From Calditrichaceae bacterium (lineage in GTDB: Bacteria > Calditrichota > Calditrichia > Calditrichales > JBFXGD01): a stretch of DNA of 62,970 bases. The notes under the pieces were generated by a model, which worked only from the letters and a program-made list of their open reading frames with translations, made no database searches and was not told the DNA's origin. The stretch spans positions 1 through 62,970 of the forward strand of contig JBFXLE010000026.1 of assembly GCA_050173015.1 (NCBI GenBank). The letters run 5' to 3'. Shown here piece after piece: positions 1-9,571 of this stretch; the first letter of the stretch is position 1, and each line of letters begins with the position of its first letter. A program made the translations under genes and the position numbers.

Positions 1-340
1 CTTCAGCGATGGTCTGATCCGGAATATCCGTCACTACCGGAGCGTCATTGACTGCCGTGACCGTGAAGGTCGCCGCGTCGCTGTCGGATAACGCGCCCGG
101 ATCGGTGGCCGTAAACGTGATCGTTTCCGCGCCGTTCCAGTCGGCGGGAATGGTAATGGTCGCCACACGGTTGATATCTATCGTTACCGTAAGATCTGTC
201 TCGCCGCTGGTAGTCCAGGTCATCTCACCGTCGGTATTATCCACATCACTTACATAGTTATCAAGATTAATGGTCGCGAAACCGGCTCCTTCCGCGATGG
301 TCTGATCCGGAATATCTGTCACTACCGGAGCGTCATTAAT
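1..340 (-). repeat. Intragenic direct repeat with a 288-bp (96-aa) period, cadherin/tandem-95-like
   Basis: Positions 1-50 nearly identical to 289-338 (cttc.gcgatggtctgatccggaatatc.gtcactaccggagcgtcatt). Confidence 0.85.
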
Positions 341-1855
341 TCCAGAGACACTGACTACCTGATAGGTGGTATCAGATAAATTGGTCGGATCCTTTGCGAT
401 GACCATAAATGAATCAGTACCAAACCAATCAGATGTCGGCGTAATTGTAAGACTGTCATTTACAAATTGTGTGGTTATATTTGCACCATTTCCAAATTGC
501 CAGGTTAACTCCGTATCAGCATGGGTCTCATCCGAAACATAACTGTAATAATTTGACTTGTGAAATTTAGAATTGGTGTCCTCATCAATATTAATTTGAG
601 GAAGAGCCGTGAATACCGGCGACATTTTAAACATCTGAGCATACACGCCGTTCCCGGATCCATCCTGCAAATTACTTTGCCACACAATGGCAAAGTCGCC
701 ATTATTGTCTACCGCAACAGCCGGATAAATCTGATCGTCTTCCGTATATGTGTTCACCATAAATTCAGAACCAAATTTAGTTCCGTCTGCATGGTATCGC
801 TGTGCTGCTACCGCTCTGCTTGACCCGTCCTGATCCGCGCTTTGCCAGGTGGTGACAAATACATCATCTCCCCCAAAACTTATACTGACGAATTCCTGAT
901 CATTTGAATTATCATAGGTATTTATCTTAAACTCACTACCAACTTTGGTGCCGGTTGAATTAAACCGTTGTCCAAAAACATCCTGTGGTCCCAACTGATA
1001 GCTCTGCCAGACAATCCAGAAATTTTTACTCTTATCCATGGCGATATCGGGGTATCGCTGCGATGCATTTGTAGTCGTATTTACAGCGAATTGACCACCT
1101 GCTTTATTACCATTTGTGTCAAATCTTTGCCCATAGATATCACCCGCGAGTCCGTTTGTGGACCATGAAGTCCATGCCGCGACAAAACTACCGTCATTCG
1201 CCAGATCTACCTTCGGTACGATCGGATGAGTTACGTCATATGAAACCGCGTTGGCATCAACTGAAAATTCAATCCCATTTTTTGAACCCGTGGAACTGAA
1301 TCGCTGTCCATAGACTCTGTAAGGAAAACTGTCAAGACCGGTTGTCGCGTGATTGCTTTCCCACACAACTACAAAATTTCCGATATCATCCATCGCAACA
1401 TCCGGATTAATCTGATTATACAATGTCGTATCAGGAACAACAAATTCACTGCCGGCCTTACTGCCGTTACTGCTAAAACGCTGGCCATAGATTCCGGTAC
1501 CGGATCCATCCTGACCGGCGCTTTGCCATACCACTACAAAATTGCCAAGGCTATCCATGGAGACAGAGGCATTTTTTTGATCCAGGGTAGTATAGGTATT
1601 TATTTGAAACTCGGTTCCAATCTTGCTTCCGGTTGCTGAATATCGTTGCCCGTAAATCCCATAGTTTCCTTCATTGAGCTGATCTTCCCAAACAACCACA
1701 TAATTGCCCTGTTTGTCAGCCGCAATATCCGGATTGCGCTGATTCAATGTTGTTGTTGTATTTACACGTAACTCATCTCCGTACTTGGTTTGCGCAATTA
1801 CAATATTGCCCAAAAAGAAAACAGATATCAGTATGAGTAACAGTCGGTTCTTCAT
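1..1855 (-). CDS. Large secreted/surface protein, 5' part (runs off left edge): signal peptide, 7 beta-propeller-type repeats, then cadherin-like/tandem-95 Ig repeats
   Basis: ATG at 1855 with AAGGAGG RBS (1861-1867); MKNRLLLILISVFFLGNIVIAQ signal peptide; seven repeats ending (I/V)(Y/F)GQR(F/Y) or variants; then VNDAPVVTDIPDQTIAEG units with a 288-nt period; frame open to position 1 (absent from ORF track because no stop in window). Confidence 0.9.
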   Translation of the reverse strand, partial: MKNRLLLILISVFFLGNIVIAQTKYGDELRVNTTTTLNQRNPDIAADKQGNYVVVWEDQLNEGNYGIYGQRYSATGSKIGTEFQINTYTTLDQKNASVSMDSLGNFVVVWQSAGQDGSGTGIYGQRFSSNGSKAGSEFVVPDTTLYNQINPDVAMDDIGNFVVVWESNHATTGLDSFPYRVYGQRFSSTGSKNGIEFSVDANAVSYDVTHPIVPKVDLANDGSFVAAWTSWSTNGLAGDIYGQRFDTNGNKAGGQFAVNTTTNASQRYPDIAMDKSKNFWIVWQSYQLGPQDVFGQRFNSTGTKVGSEFKINTYDNSNDQEFVSISFGGDDVFVTTWQSADQDGSSRAVAAQRYHADGTKFGSEFMVNTYTEDDQIYPAVAVDNNGDFAIVWQSNLQDGSGNGVYAQMFKMSPVFTALPQINIDEDTNSKFHKSNYYSYVSDETHADTELTWQFGNGANITTQFVNDSLTITPTSDWFGTDSFMVIAKDPTNLSDTTYQVVSVSGINDAPVVTDIPDQTIAEGAGFATINLDNYVSDVDNTDGEMTWTTSGETDLTVTIDINRVATITIPADWNGAETITFTATDPGALSDSDAATFTVTAVNDAPVVTDIPDQTIAE

Positions 1856-2114
1856 CTATACCTCCTTATATTACCTGGTAGTTAAAATAGTTTTAATCAT
1901 GAGGACATCGTAGTATATATCTATAATGATGATCGAATTGTGCTTAAAAGCACTCAAAATCAATTGATTTGTTAAACTCACAATGTAAATTTGTGATAAT
2001 TTTGAAGAAGGAAGGCACGAATCCGTACAAATCAGGGTTAATATGGATAAAATGAATTATTTGGATTTTTGCAGGGTTTTAAAATAATCGAAAGATGCTG
2101 CCGGAAATGAATTG

Positions 2115-2160
2115 TTCTGGTCAAATCCTTCTCAAACCGCGATTAAGAATTTGACCGGAA
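2115..2160 (-). terminator. Long-arm stem-loop downstream of the lyase-like gene
   Basis: ttctggtcaaatcctt ... aagaatttgaccggaa imperfect inverted repeat 15 nt after the stop at 2176. Confidence 0.55.
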
Positions 2161-2175
2161 CTCTTCATTAAAATT

Positions 2176-3048
2176 CTATTTGATAGACATGATATTTACA
2201 CCTGTCGGCGCTGAGGGAGATTCAACATCCGTTTGACCGCCGGGCTCATTGTCACACAAATCACCTTCATTATATACAACGATTATGTCATCAAGATACC
2301 AATATCCATGTCCCGCGGGAGGGGAATCATGCGCATGAATTGAGACAAATTGCTGAGCGCTGGTATATACCGACGCGGGTAGCATAAAATCAGCGTCCCG
2401 ATTGATATAAACATCCGAATCATCGACTTGTACATGCACCATCGAATTACCGTCAGCGCTGCCGTCATCACTCACTTTTATATAAATTTCAATTTTATGC
2501 CAGATATTTTTTGTTAAATACTTATTTCCCGCATAGTCTGTCCGCTCTCCGGGGAATAAATCCGTTTCACCGGTACCTGTTCCACCGCAACATGATCTTG
2601 TGGATTCTTTGATCCAGTATAATTGCAAACTGCGCGGTCCGCCAGTGGCAGAATTCTTGTAGATAAATTCGATATCCGCATCGCCTCCGGCGAATTTTAA
2701 CATCTTCACATTTTCAAACTGATTAAGTTCACCGGGAAAATAGTATTCAGAACTATATTTTACCCAATATCGGAAATATATTCCATCTTCCAGATATCTT
2801 TCAAGATTATCGATCATCGCTATCAGATCGCCTTCAGCATGATCACCCCTGATGGCATAACCGTTCACACCATGATTATTCAGTCTGTCATATGCCCAGT
2901 TCCCGCCAAATATATGCGCGATTTCCAGGGGACTTGAATAAGATTGATCATCAAAATTGGTGGAAACCAAAACAGTCCCATAGGAATAATTTTGAAGAAT
3001 TATAAAGAAACTTATTACGAACCCATAAATAAAAATATTTTTTTTCAT
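2176..3048 (-). CDS. Secreted polysaccharide-lyase-like / beta-jelly-roll protein
   Basis: Likely start MKKNIF (3048) with signal peptide; IYFRYWVKY, WHKIEIYIK, WYLDDIIV strands typical of lyase-like jelly rolls; C-terminal PSAPTGVNI. Confidence 0.6.
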   Translation of the reverse strand: MKKNIFIYGFVISFFIILQNYSYGTVLVSTNFDDQSYSSPLEIAHIFGGNWAYDRLNNHGVNGYAIRGDHAEGDLIAMIDNLERYLEDGIYFRYWVKYSSEYYFPGELNQFENVKMLKFAGGDADIEFIYKNSATGGPRSLQLYWIKESTRSCCGGTGTGETDLFPGERTDYAGNKYLTKNIWHKIEIYIKVSDDGSADGNSMVHVQVDDSDVYINRDADFMLPASVYTSAQQFVSIHAHDSPPAGHGYWYLDDIIVVYNEGDLCDNEPGGQTDVESPSAPTGVNIMSIK

Positions 3049-3202
3049 CTTATGCCTTTCTTTGATTCCATTTCTGACAATGGAAGGGCAATAATTATAC
3101 CAAATATTTTTTATCATACCGGATCATGCCGCGGAACGCCCCGGACTATATTTATTATAGTTTTCATAATAAAATGTTGTACAATATCTATACATTTTAA
3201 AT

Positions 3203-4312
3203 CTAATGTAAAATTAATTTTTTATACACATCCTCATGTCTGTCAATCATGATACGCTCAGAAAATTCAAGCGCCTTTTTGAGATTATTGGATGAATATT
3301 TCTGTCTCAATCCGGGGCTCGCGTAGAGTTCCAAAATTTTTTCCGCGAGAGTTTCCGGCTCCCCCGCTTTAAATAACGCGCCATTCTCACCTTCATTCAG
3401 AAGTTCGCGGTTTGCTTCAATATCCGTCGCGACAATCGGCAGTCCGGCCGCCATATACTCAATAAGTGTGTTTGAAAACCCTTCTGAATCGGAGGTTAAT
3501 ACCCCCAAATCCATCTTTTTTAGATACCCTGCTACATTCTCCGTTTGACCGGTGAAGTGAATCTTGTCCTTAAGGCCGGAGATTGACACTTTCTCCTCCA
3601 GCCCCATTCTAAGATAACCATCACCGATAATCACAAATTCAATATTTTCAACTTTTCGGCAAACAAAAATGGCGGCATCTACAAATACGTCCGGTCTTTT
3701 AACGGAGCGGTTCAAATTGGCAACCAAACCGACTACAAAAGACTTTTTATTGAATAAAGTATTCTTTATGTCTAAAAATTCCTGACTTTTCTGATTAATC
3801 GTCATTCCGTTATAAATGATTTTAATCTTTGCAGGATTAATATTTTCATCTTTTTGGAGATATTTACTGATGGCCAGTGAATTTACAATATAATGATCCG
3901 TGAAATGATCCAGAAAATTCAAACTTCTTTTTAACATTGGGGTAATCCAATATCCCAAATCTCTTCGGGATGCGATGATTTGCTCAACGCCTGCCAGTTT
4001 TGATGCCAGCACTCCAACAAGGGTTGCGTCAAAGAAAAATACCTGAACTATATTCAGCTTATGTTTTTTTACGTATAATGCGCATTCAATTAATTTTCGA
4101 ACTCCGTTTAAAGATAAAATCTTTCTCATGCCCAGAATCTTTATTTTTACATCAAATTTGATATTTTTAAGAGCCGGAGTCGATCTTAAACAAATAATAT
4201 GAGGTTCGAAGCCGTCTCTGTCTATTCCCTTAACAAGCGTTAACAGCTGATTTTCCGTACCACCGATGTTAATTTCATCTATGATATACGCAATTTTAAT
4301 TTTTTTCTTCAA
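3203..4312 (-). CDS. Glycosyltransferase family 4
   Basis: GGTENQL N-terminus; SDSEGFSNTLIEYMAAGLPIVAT (EX7E) motif. Confidence 0.92.
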   Translation of the reverse strand: MKKKIKIAYIIDEINIGGTENQLLTLVKGIDRDGFEPHIICLRSTPALKNIKFDVKIKILGMRKILSLNGVRKLIECALYVKKHKLNIVQVFFFDATLVGVLASKLAGVEQIIASRRDLGYWITPMLKRSLNFLDHFTDHYIVNSLAISKYLQKDENINPAKIKIIYNGMTINQKSQEFLDIKNTLFNKKSFVVGLVANLNRSVKRPDVFVDAAIFVCRKVENIEFVIIGDGYLRMGLEEKVSISGLKDKIHFTGQTENVAGYLKKMDLGVLTSDSEGFSNTLIEYMAAGLPIVATDIEANRELLNEGENGALFKAGEPETLAEKILELYASPGLRQKYSSNNLKKALEFSERIMIDRHEDVYKKLILH

Positions 4313-4383
4313 ATTAATCTTCAGGCTTGAATTTGATCTGTTTAAACTTTCGAGAAATTATATTTAGTGATTGAATAACACAT

Positions 4384-5598
4384 TCACTTTGAGTCCATCA
4401 CTGAGTTAACGGCATCCCAAAGATTTTTTTTATCCGTATTCCAGTTTAATTTTTTTAATACCGCTTGTTTCCCGTTTTCCCCTAATCTTTCTCTGGTTCC
4501 TTTATCGTATAGTGTTAACACTTTCTCTGCCAGGTCATCCGGAGAGTGATCGTTATAGATCAAACCGCATTTTTCGTCTTGAATTATGGCGGAAAGCGAA
4601 CGTGATTGGGTTACCAGAACAGGTTTCGCTTCAGCCATATAATCATAAATCTTATTTGGTAGAGTCGTATCTATATGCTCCGAAACATAATGTGGAATCA
4701 AGCCGATATCGGAGATTTTAATAATTGAATTTAAATGTATATTGGGAACCCATCCCGTAAACAAAACACTGTCCTCTAAATCCAACTCTTTAATTATTTT
4801 CTTTAATTTTGGCTCATACGAGCCCTCTCCGACAACAACAAGCTTTATTCCGGGGATGGAGGCAGATAATTTTGACAGTGCCCGGACTGGTATATCGACC
4901 CCCCGGTGAGCTTCGATCATTCCCGTGTACAGAAGGATGAAAGATGCATCTGATCTTATTTTCTCAGCAAGTTCAGAATAAATGGTCTTCCCGTTTTCCT
5001 CACTTAAAATCGGCGTATTGCCTACAACCCATATCTGATCATTTCCGGGACAGATTTTTTGTACCCTTTCAGCGCTCTGTTTTGATACAACAAGAATACC
5101 ATCCAATTTTGGCACAACAAACTTCTCCATCAACCGGAGGAAATACGGATTTCTTATGAATAAATCCACAAAACCCGGTCCGCGATAATCCCAGGTTGAA
5201 CGAATCAAGGCGGGATAATTTTCGGCCATATCCATAATAACCGGCTTGCCTGTGATTTTTGCGGCAATATAAGCAGCCGGAGATAAGGGAAGATCACGAA
5301 CTATGATCAAATCAATTTTTTTTTGTTTAACCACATCAATGATTTTTTTTATCCAGAATGGTGAAAAAAATGCAGGGAAATTTTTTAAATTTTGTAGAAA
5401 GGAATTTCCAGAACCGGATAGCCGGTGGTTAGTGATCCGCTGCCCGGTTTCTTCCAATTCTGGTAAAGAACCTTTGTTTCGGGATACGATATGTACTTCT
5501 GCATCTCTCTCGGCCAATGCTTCGGTGATCTTCTTGACTCTCACTTCCCAGGGGTACTGATCCTGATAAACATAACAAATTCTCAATGAACTTCTCAC
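4384..5598 (-). CDS. Glycosyltransferase family 4
   Basis: YTGMIEAHRG, TTLPNKIYDYMAEAKPVL GT-B motifs. Confidence 0.9.
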   Translation of the reverse strand: MRSSLRICYVYQDQYPWEVRVKKITEALAERDAEVHIVSRNKGSLPELEETGQRITNHRLSGSGNSFLQNLKNFPAFFSPFWIKKIIDVVKQKKIDLIIVRDLPLSPAAYIAAKITGKPVIMDMAENYPALIRSTWDYRGPGFVDLFIRNPYFLRLMEKFVVPKLDGILVVSKQSAERVQKICPGNDQIWVVGNTPILSEENGKTIYSELAEKIRSDASFILLYTGMIEAHRGVDIPVRALSKLSASIPGIKLVVVGEGSYEPKLKKIIKELDLEDSVLFTGWVPNIHLNSIIKISDIGLIPHYVSEHIDTTLPNKIYDYMAEAKPVLVTQSRSLSAIIQDEKCGLIYNDHSPDDLAEKVLTLYDKGTRERLGENGKQAVLKKLNWNTDKKNLWDAVNSVMDSK

Positions 5599-5620
5599 TA
5601 CTGCTCCCGCTTCTGATCTG

Positions 5621-6745
5621 CTATCGTAAAAATCGCTCGGTTATAATCTTGTAAATTCTTTCAGACGCCTTACCGTCTCCATAAGGATTGATTGCCCTTG
5701 CCATGCTATTGTAGGCCTCTGTATCGCTCAATAGTTTCATACTTTCCGAAACGATGACGTCATAATCAGATCCTACCAATTTGACAGTCCCTGCCTCAAC
5801 CGCTTCCGGCCGTTCTGTTTTATTTCTTAAAACAAGAACTGGTTTTCCAAGGGATGGGGCCTCTTCCTGTACGCCACCGGAATCAGTTATTATCAGATAC
5901 GATTTATTCATTAAATGGACGAATGATTCATAATCAAGCGGATTGATGAGATGAATTCTGGAATTAGAGCCGATCTGTCTGTACACTGCATTCTTAATAT
6001 TCGGATTTGGATGTACGGGAAAAAGAATTTGTACATCAGGCGCCTTTTCTGCAATTTCTGACAGGGCTGAAAGTATATTCGCCAGCGGCTCTCCAAAACT
6101 TTCCCTTCTATGGGCGGTTACCAGTATCACCCGGTTGTTGTTTTGACTCAGTATTGACTTTAGAGGATCAGTAAATTCAAATTTTCTGTCAACAACTTCC
6201 AGCAATGTGTCAATCACCGTATTTCCGGTAATAGATATAAGTTCATCCGGTATGCCTTCATTTCTCAAATTCTCCGCTGCTTTCTTTGTGGGCGGGAAGT
6301 GAATATCCGCAAGAACCGTGGTTAATTTCCGGTTTATTTCTTCGGGATAGGGTTGAAATTTATCAAACGTGCGAAGACCTGCTTCAATATGTCCAATCGG
6401 AATTTTATTATACAGCGCGGCAAGAGCTCCGACAAACGTGGTAGTGGTATCGCCTTGTACCAGGATGATTGATGGTTTTTCTGATCTGATAATTTCAGAA
6501 AGTTCCCGTAGTGCCAGGATAGTGATATCTTCTAATGATTGATTATTCTTCATAATGCCCAGATCATAATCCGGTTTTATATTAAAAATATTTAAAACCT
6601 GATCAAGCATCTCACGGTGTTGAGCGGTTACAACCACGATGGGTTTTATATCGGGCTTGTTACTAAATTTTTTTATGACAGGCGCCATTTTTATCGCTTC
6701 CGGCCGCGTTCCGAAAATAAACATAATCTTTTTTGATAAAGTCAT
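5621..6745 (-). CDS. wecB: UDP-N-acetylglucosamine 2-epimerase (non-hydrolysing)
   Basis: FGTRPEAIKMAP, QGDT, HIEAGLR, PEEINR, DSGGVQEEAP, TERPE, NPYGDG. Confidence 0.97.
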   Translation of the reverse strand: MTLSKKIMFIFGTRPEAIKMAPVIKKFSNKPDIKPIVVVTAQHREMLDQVLNIFNIKPDYDLGIMKNNQSLEDITILALRELSEIIRSEKPSIILVQGDTTTTFVGALAALYNKIPIGHIEAGLRTFDKFQPYPEEINRKLTTVLADIHFPPTKKAAENLRNEGIPDELISITGNTVIDTLLEVVDRKFEFTDPLKSILSQNNNRVILVTAHRRESFGEPLANILSALSEIAEKAPDVQILFPVHPNPNIKNAVYRQIGSNSRIHLINPLDYESFVHLMNKSYLIITDSGGVQEEAPSLGKPVLVLRNKTERPEAVEAGTVKLVGSDYDVIVSESMKLLSDTEAYNSMARAINPYGDGKASERIYKIITERFLR

Positions 6746-6819
6746 AGGTAGAAGAATCCGTATTTTAGTTTTTATATGGATATTTTATTAGCAAATATAA
6801 TTTAGGCGGGAAATAATAT

Positions 6820-6868
6820 TTTCGGCATGTTATAAACGCATGGGAAACAAATGAAAAACATGCCGAAA
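6820..6868 (-). terminator. 12-bp-arm stem-loop downstream of the second lyase-like gene
   Basis: tttcggcatgtt ... aacatgccgaaa perfect inverted repeat just after the stop at 6875. Confidence 0.55.
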
Positions 6869-6874
6869 TTAGTG

Positions 6875-8020
6875 TTAATTTTCTTTCAAAATCTCCAATC
6901 CTTTTGGAGCTTCCGGTTTAGTCGTGGATGAGGTATTCAGAACTATCGGAAATCCATCAGAATTGACTAAGCCTTCGGAGTCAACAACATATAAATAAAC
7001 TGTTTCACCCGCAGAAAAAGAGCCTTGATTCAGTCTCACGTCAACAGAATTAACCGCCCAGGTTGTCGGTGTTTGAATTTCGGTATGTTTACAATTCGAA
7101 TATACCGGATTGTCGCCGATCTCAACCCTGGCCTGAGAATAATCTATATATACATTGTCGTAAAAAATGGAGACCATCTCGTTGGGTTGTTCACAATTGT
7201 GCCCGTTGCAACCTTCGCTTCCAAGTATGGAAAGATAATTTCCAATCCAAAAACTGTGCCATAGAGCAGGATTGGCAGGGGTACGCGTAAGCAGATTATC
7301 TTCTTCATTCAGCACCTGCTGAATGGGAGCGTCTCCATTCCCTACCCACATTTTAGCTGTCCCGTTCTCCTGGCCAATATCTGATGCTTTGAAATAAAAC
7401 TGAACATGCTGCCAGTGCCCTCGCGCTCTTGTCCAGTCCCAGGCCTGGCCTATCCATTTGCTGTTGTGCCCATCCGCGGATGTAATATCATCTGAATTAA
7501 GAAGTCCGCTGTAAGGGTCACAATCAAAATCGATATAGGTATTTGGGGGACCGCTGTAAGGAGATGTAGGATTTGGGTATAACCTCACAAATTTTACGCA
7601 ACCGGGTGAATTAGGCGGTCCATCGTAATACCACCAAAAATTGATGTAAATTTCCTTTATACCGTCAGGATTCCCGATACCAAACGCGCATCTGTACTGA
7701 TAATTGTCCCCGGTTGGCGCATCCTGGGTATGACTTTGTGCAGAAACCGCTGAATTCGGACGTGTTATTTTCTGACTGTATACCGGATCAAATCCTTTGT
7801 TTGTGCTTATCAGCCAATCGCCGTCCGCAAGTGATTTCCCGGGTGCTCCAAGTTCAAAATCATCATATTTTACCGGTGAGGCGGTGGATTTAACTCCAAA
7901 ACCGGCTCCTTGTATGGTCAAAATACCGGCATGTGAAGTGGAACCGTTGACTCCCTCTATGGATGGTTGTGAGAAAACAAATGAAAATGATATTATCAGG
8001 ATATAATAAATTTGTTTCAT
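6875..8020 (-). CDS. Secreted polysaccharide-lyase-like protein
   Basis: Likely start MKQIYY (8020, GGAG RBS) with signal peptide; IYINFWWY, WQHVQFYFKAS, FYDNVYID...ARVEIGD; C-terminal PEAPKGLEI. Confidence 0.6.
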   Translation of the reverse strand: MKQIYYILIISFSFVFSQPSIEGVNGSTSHAGILTIQGAGFGVKSTASPVKYDDFELGAPGKSLADGDWLISTNKGFDPVYSQKITRPNSAVSAQSHTQDAPTGDNYQYRCAFGIGNPDGIKEIYINFWWYYDGPPNSPGCVKFVRLYPNPTSPYSGPPNTYIDFDCDPYSGLLNSDDITSADGHNSKWIGQAWDWTRARGHWQHVQFYFKASDIGQENGTAKMWVGNGDAPIQQVLNEEDNLLTRTPANPALWHSFWIGNYLSILGSEGCNGHNCEQPNEMVSIFYDNVYIDYSQARVEIGDNPVYSNCKHTEIQTPTTWAVNSVDVRLNQGSFSAGETVYLYVVDSEGLVNSDGFPIVLNTSSTTKPEAPKGLEILKEN

Positions 8021-8263
8021 GTTTTTCTCCATTGATTCATATTTCGTCATCTTTAAGCAAGTTAATTTACAATTATCATACCAAAGTGACCAGAAGGCAA
8101 TCAACTACCTATATGATGTATGTCCAAAACCATTTTTGGTTGTATGAAAAAAAATTATGATCTAAATAATCTCATTTTATGGGCAAAATTTTATCACATC
8201 AAACATTAAAATAACTTTCATTCCAACTTAGGATATTTATTCTGCGGAGCCAATGAAAATTAT

Positions 8264-9571
8264 CTAAGTTGATGTGTGAGTATTCTCTACTAATTCACGC
8301 AAAAAAACAGAAAATTTTCCCGCGATATTTTTAATTTGATATTCGTCGATTTTTTTCGCATTTCTTACAGGCAGTAATTTCTCCCTTACACAGTCTTCTT
8401 CGGCTGATTTCATCTGAGTGATAAATTCAATAACCGGCCGGGTTTCATCATTGGTAAATACTATACCGGTTCCTGTCTCCCTTATCAAACTGCATGCCTC
8501 ACCTTCAGGAAAAAATCCAATGATAGGTTTTTCAGCGGCTATGTATTCAAAAATTTTTGATGGAATGAAAGTGGACGCTTCCTTCCCCGTTCCCAGGGTT
8601 GCCCAAAGCAAATCTGCGTTCTGCATTACTTTTCGCGCTTCATCCTGACTGGTCCAGGGTAATAATTCAACTACTTCCTGAAGTCCTAATTCATCTATTT
8701 TTGACGATGTATCGGGATCATTCGCTCCCAGAAGTACAATTTTCAGATTTTCTGATTTTCCGGATCCATCTGATTTATTCATTCGAAGCCATTCTGAAAT
8801 TGCATTTAATAATGCATAAGGCTTAAAGCGAGGGTAAAAAGTTCCGGCATGCACAATTCTAAAAGCTGACCCGCTTTTACCTGCTATATCATTCTCCGGG
8901 AATTTCTCCCACCCGTTTGTCAGCAAAACGGTTTTGCCTTTAGTTGTGGATGGATAGGCGTTTTGCAGGTTCACCATATTCGATTTTGTATTTGAGATTA
9001 TTAATGAAGCATTTTTTAATACTTTCCGCTCCAGATAAATTTCAATTTTCAAGAAAAATAATTCTAAGCCTGATTTATTTTGCCTGTCCGCATTCAACGT
9101 CCATGGATCACGAAAATCAGCGACCCATTTTTTTTTGATGATTTTCGACAAAATCAAACCCGCAAGGTGTGAAGAATGCGGCGGTGAAGTTGTATAAATA
9201 ACATCAATAGTATTTTTTTTGTTTATCCTCAGACCTTCCCGAACCACAAAGGGAATCCAGAAAAACATATGATCCGGAAACGAAGACATGTACATGAGCA
9301 GGCTTCTGAGTTTTTTCATAAAAAAAGAATGGGGATTCCAGCCGCGTAGTTTAACCCACGGGTCAAATGTTTCAGTCTGATGAATGTCAAATTTCTTCTT
9401 TAAATCATCAAACCGGTCATCATCCGTATAGTTATCGGATCTTGGCTTAATAGTAACCACATTTACCTGCCATCCGTCCGCGCTGAGATACCTGGCGAAT
9501 CGCTCTGAGCGAACAGCGCCCGCGCTTGCATTTGGAGGAAAAGGATAGCTGATAAGTAATAAATGTTTCAT
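8264..9571 (-). CDS. Glycosyltransferase family 4-like
   Basis: SYPFPP..AGAVR, TSPPHSSH, ADFRDPW, IPSKIFEY motifs. Confidence 0.9.
   Translation of the reverse strand: MKHLLLISYPFPPNASAGAVRSERFARYLSADGWQVNVVTIKPRSDNYTDDDRFDDLKKKFDIHQTETFDPWVKLRGWNPHSFFMKKLRSLLMYMSSFPDHMFFWIPFVVREGLRINKKNTIDVIYTTSPPHSSHLAGLILSKIIKKKWVADFRDPWTLNADRQNKSGLELFFLKIEIYLERKVLKNASLIISNTKSNMVNLQNAYPSTTKGKTVLLTNGWEKFPENDIAGKSGSAFRIVHAGTFYPRFKPYALLNAISEWLRMNKSDGSGKSENLKIVLLGANDPDTSSKIDELGLQEVVELLPWTSQDEARKVMQNADLLWATLGTGKEASTFIPSKIFEYIAAEKPIIGFFPEGEACSLIRETGTGIVFTNDETRPVIEFITQMKSAEEDCVREKLLPVRNAKKIDEYQIKNIAGKFSVFLRELVENTHTST

Noticed and set aside
48-1639. Several short plus-strand ORFs (48-257, 560-823, 968-1168, 1114-1299, 1349-1639) and minus-strand 505-702
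   Set aside because: Antisense or alternate-frame shadows of the long minus-strand repeat protein (1-1855)
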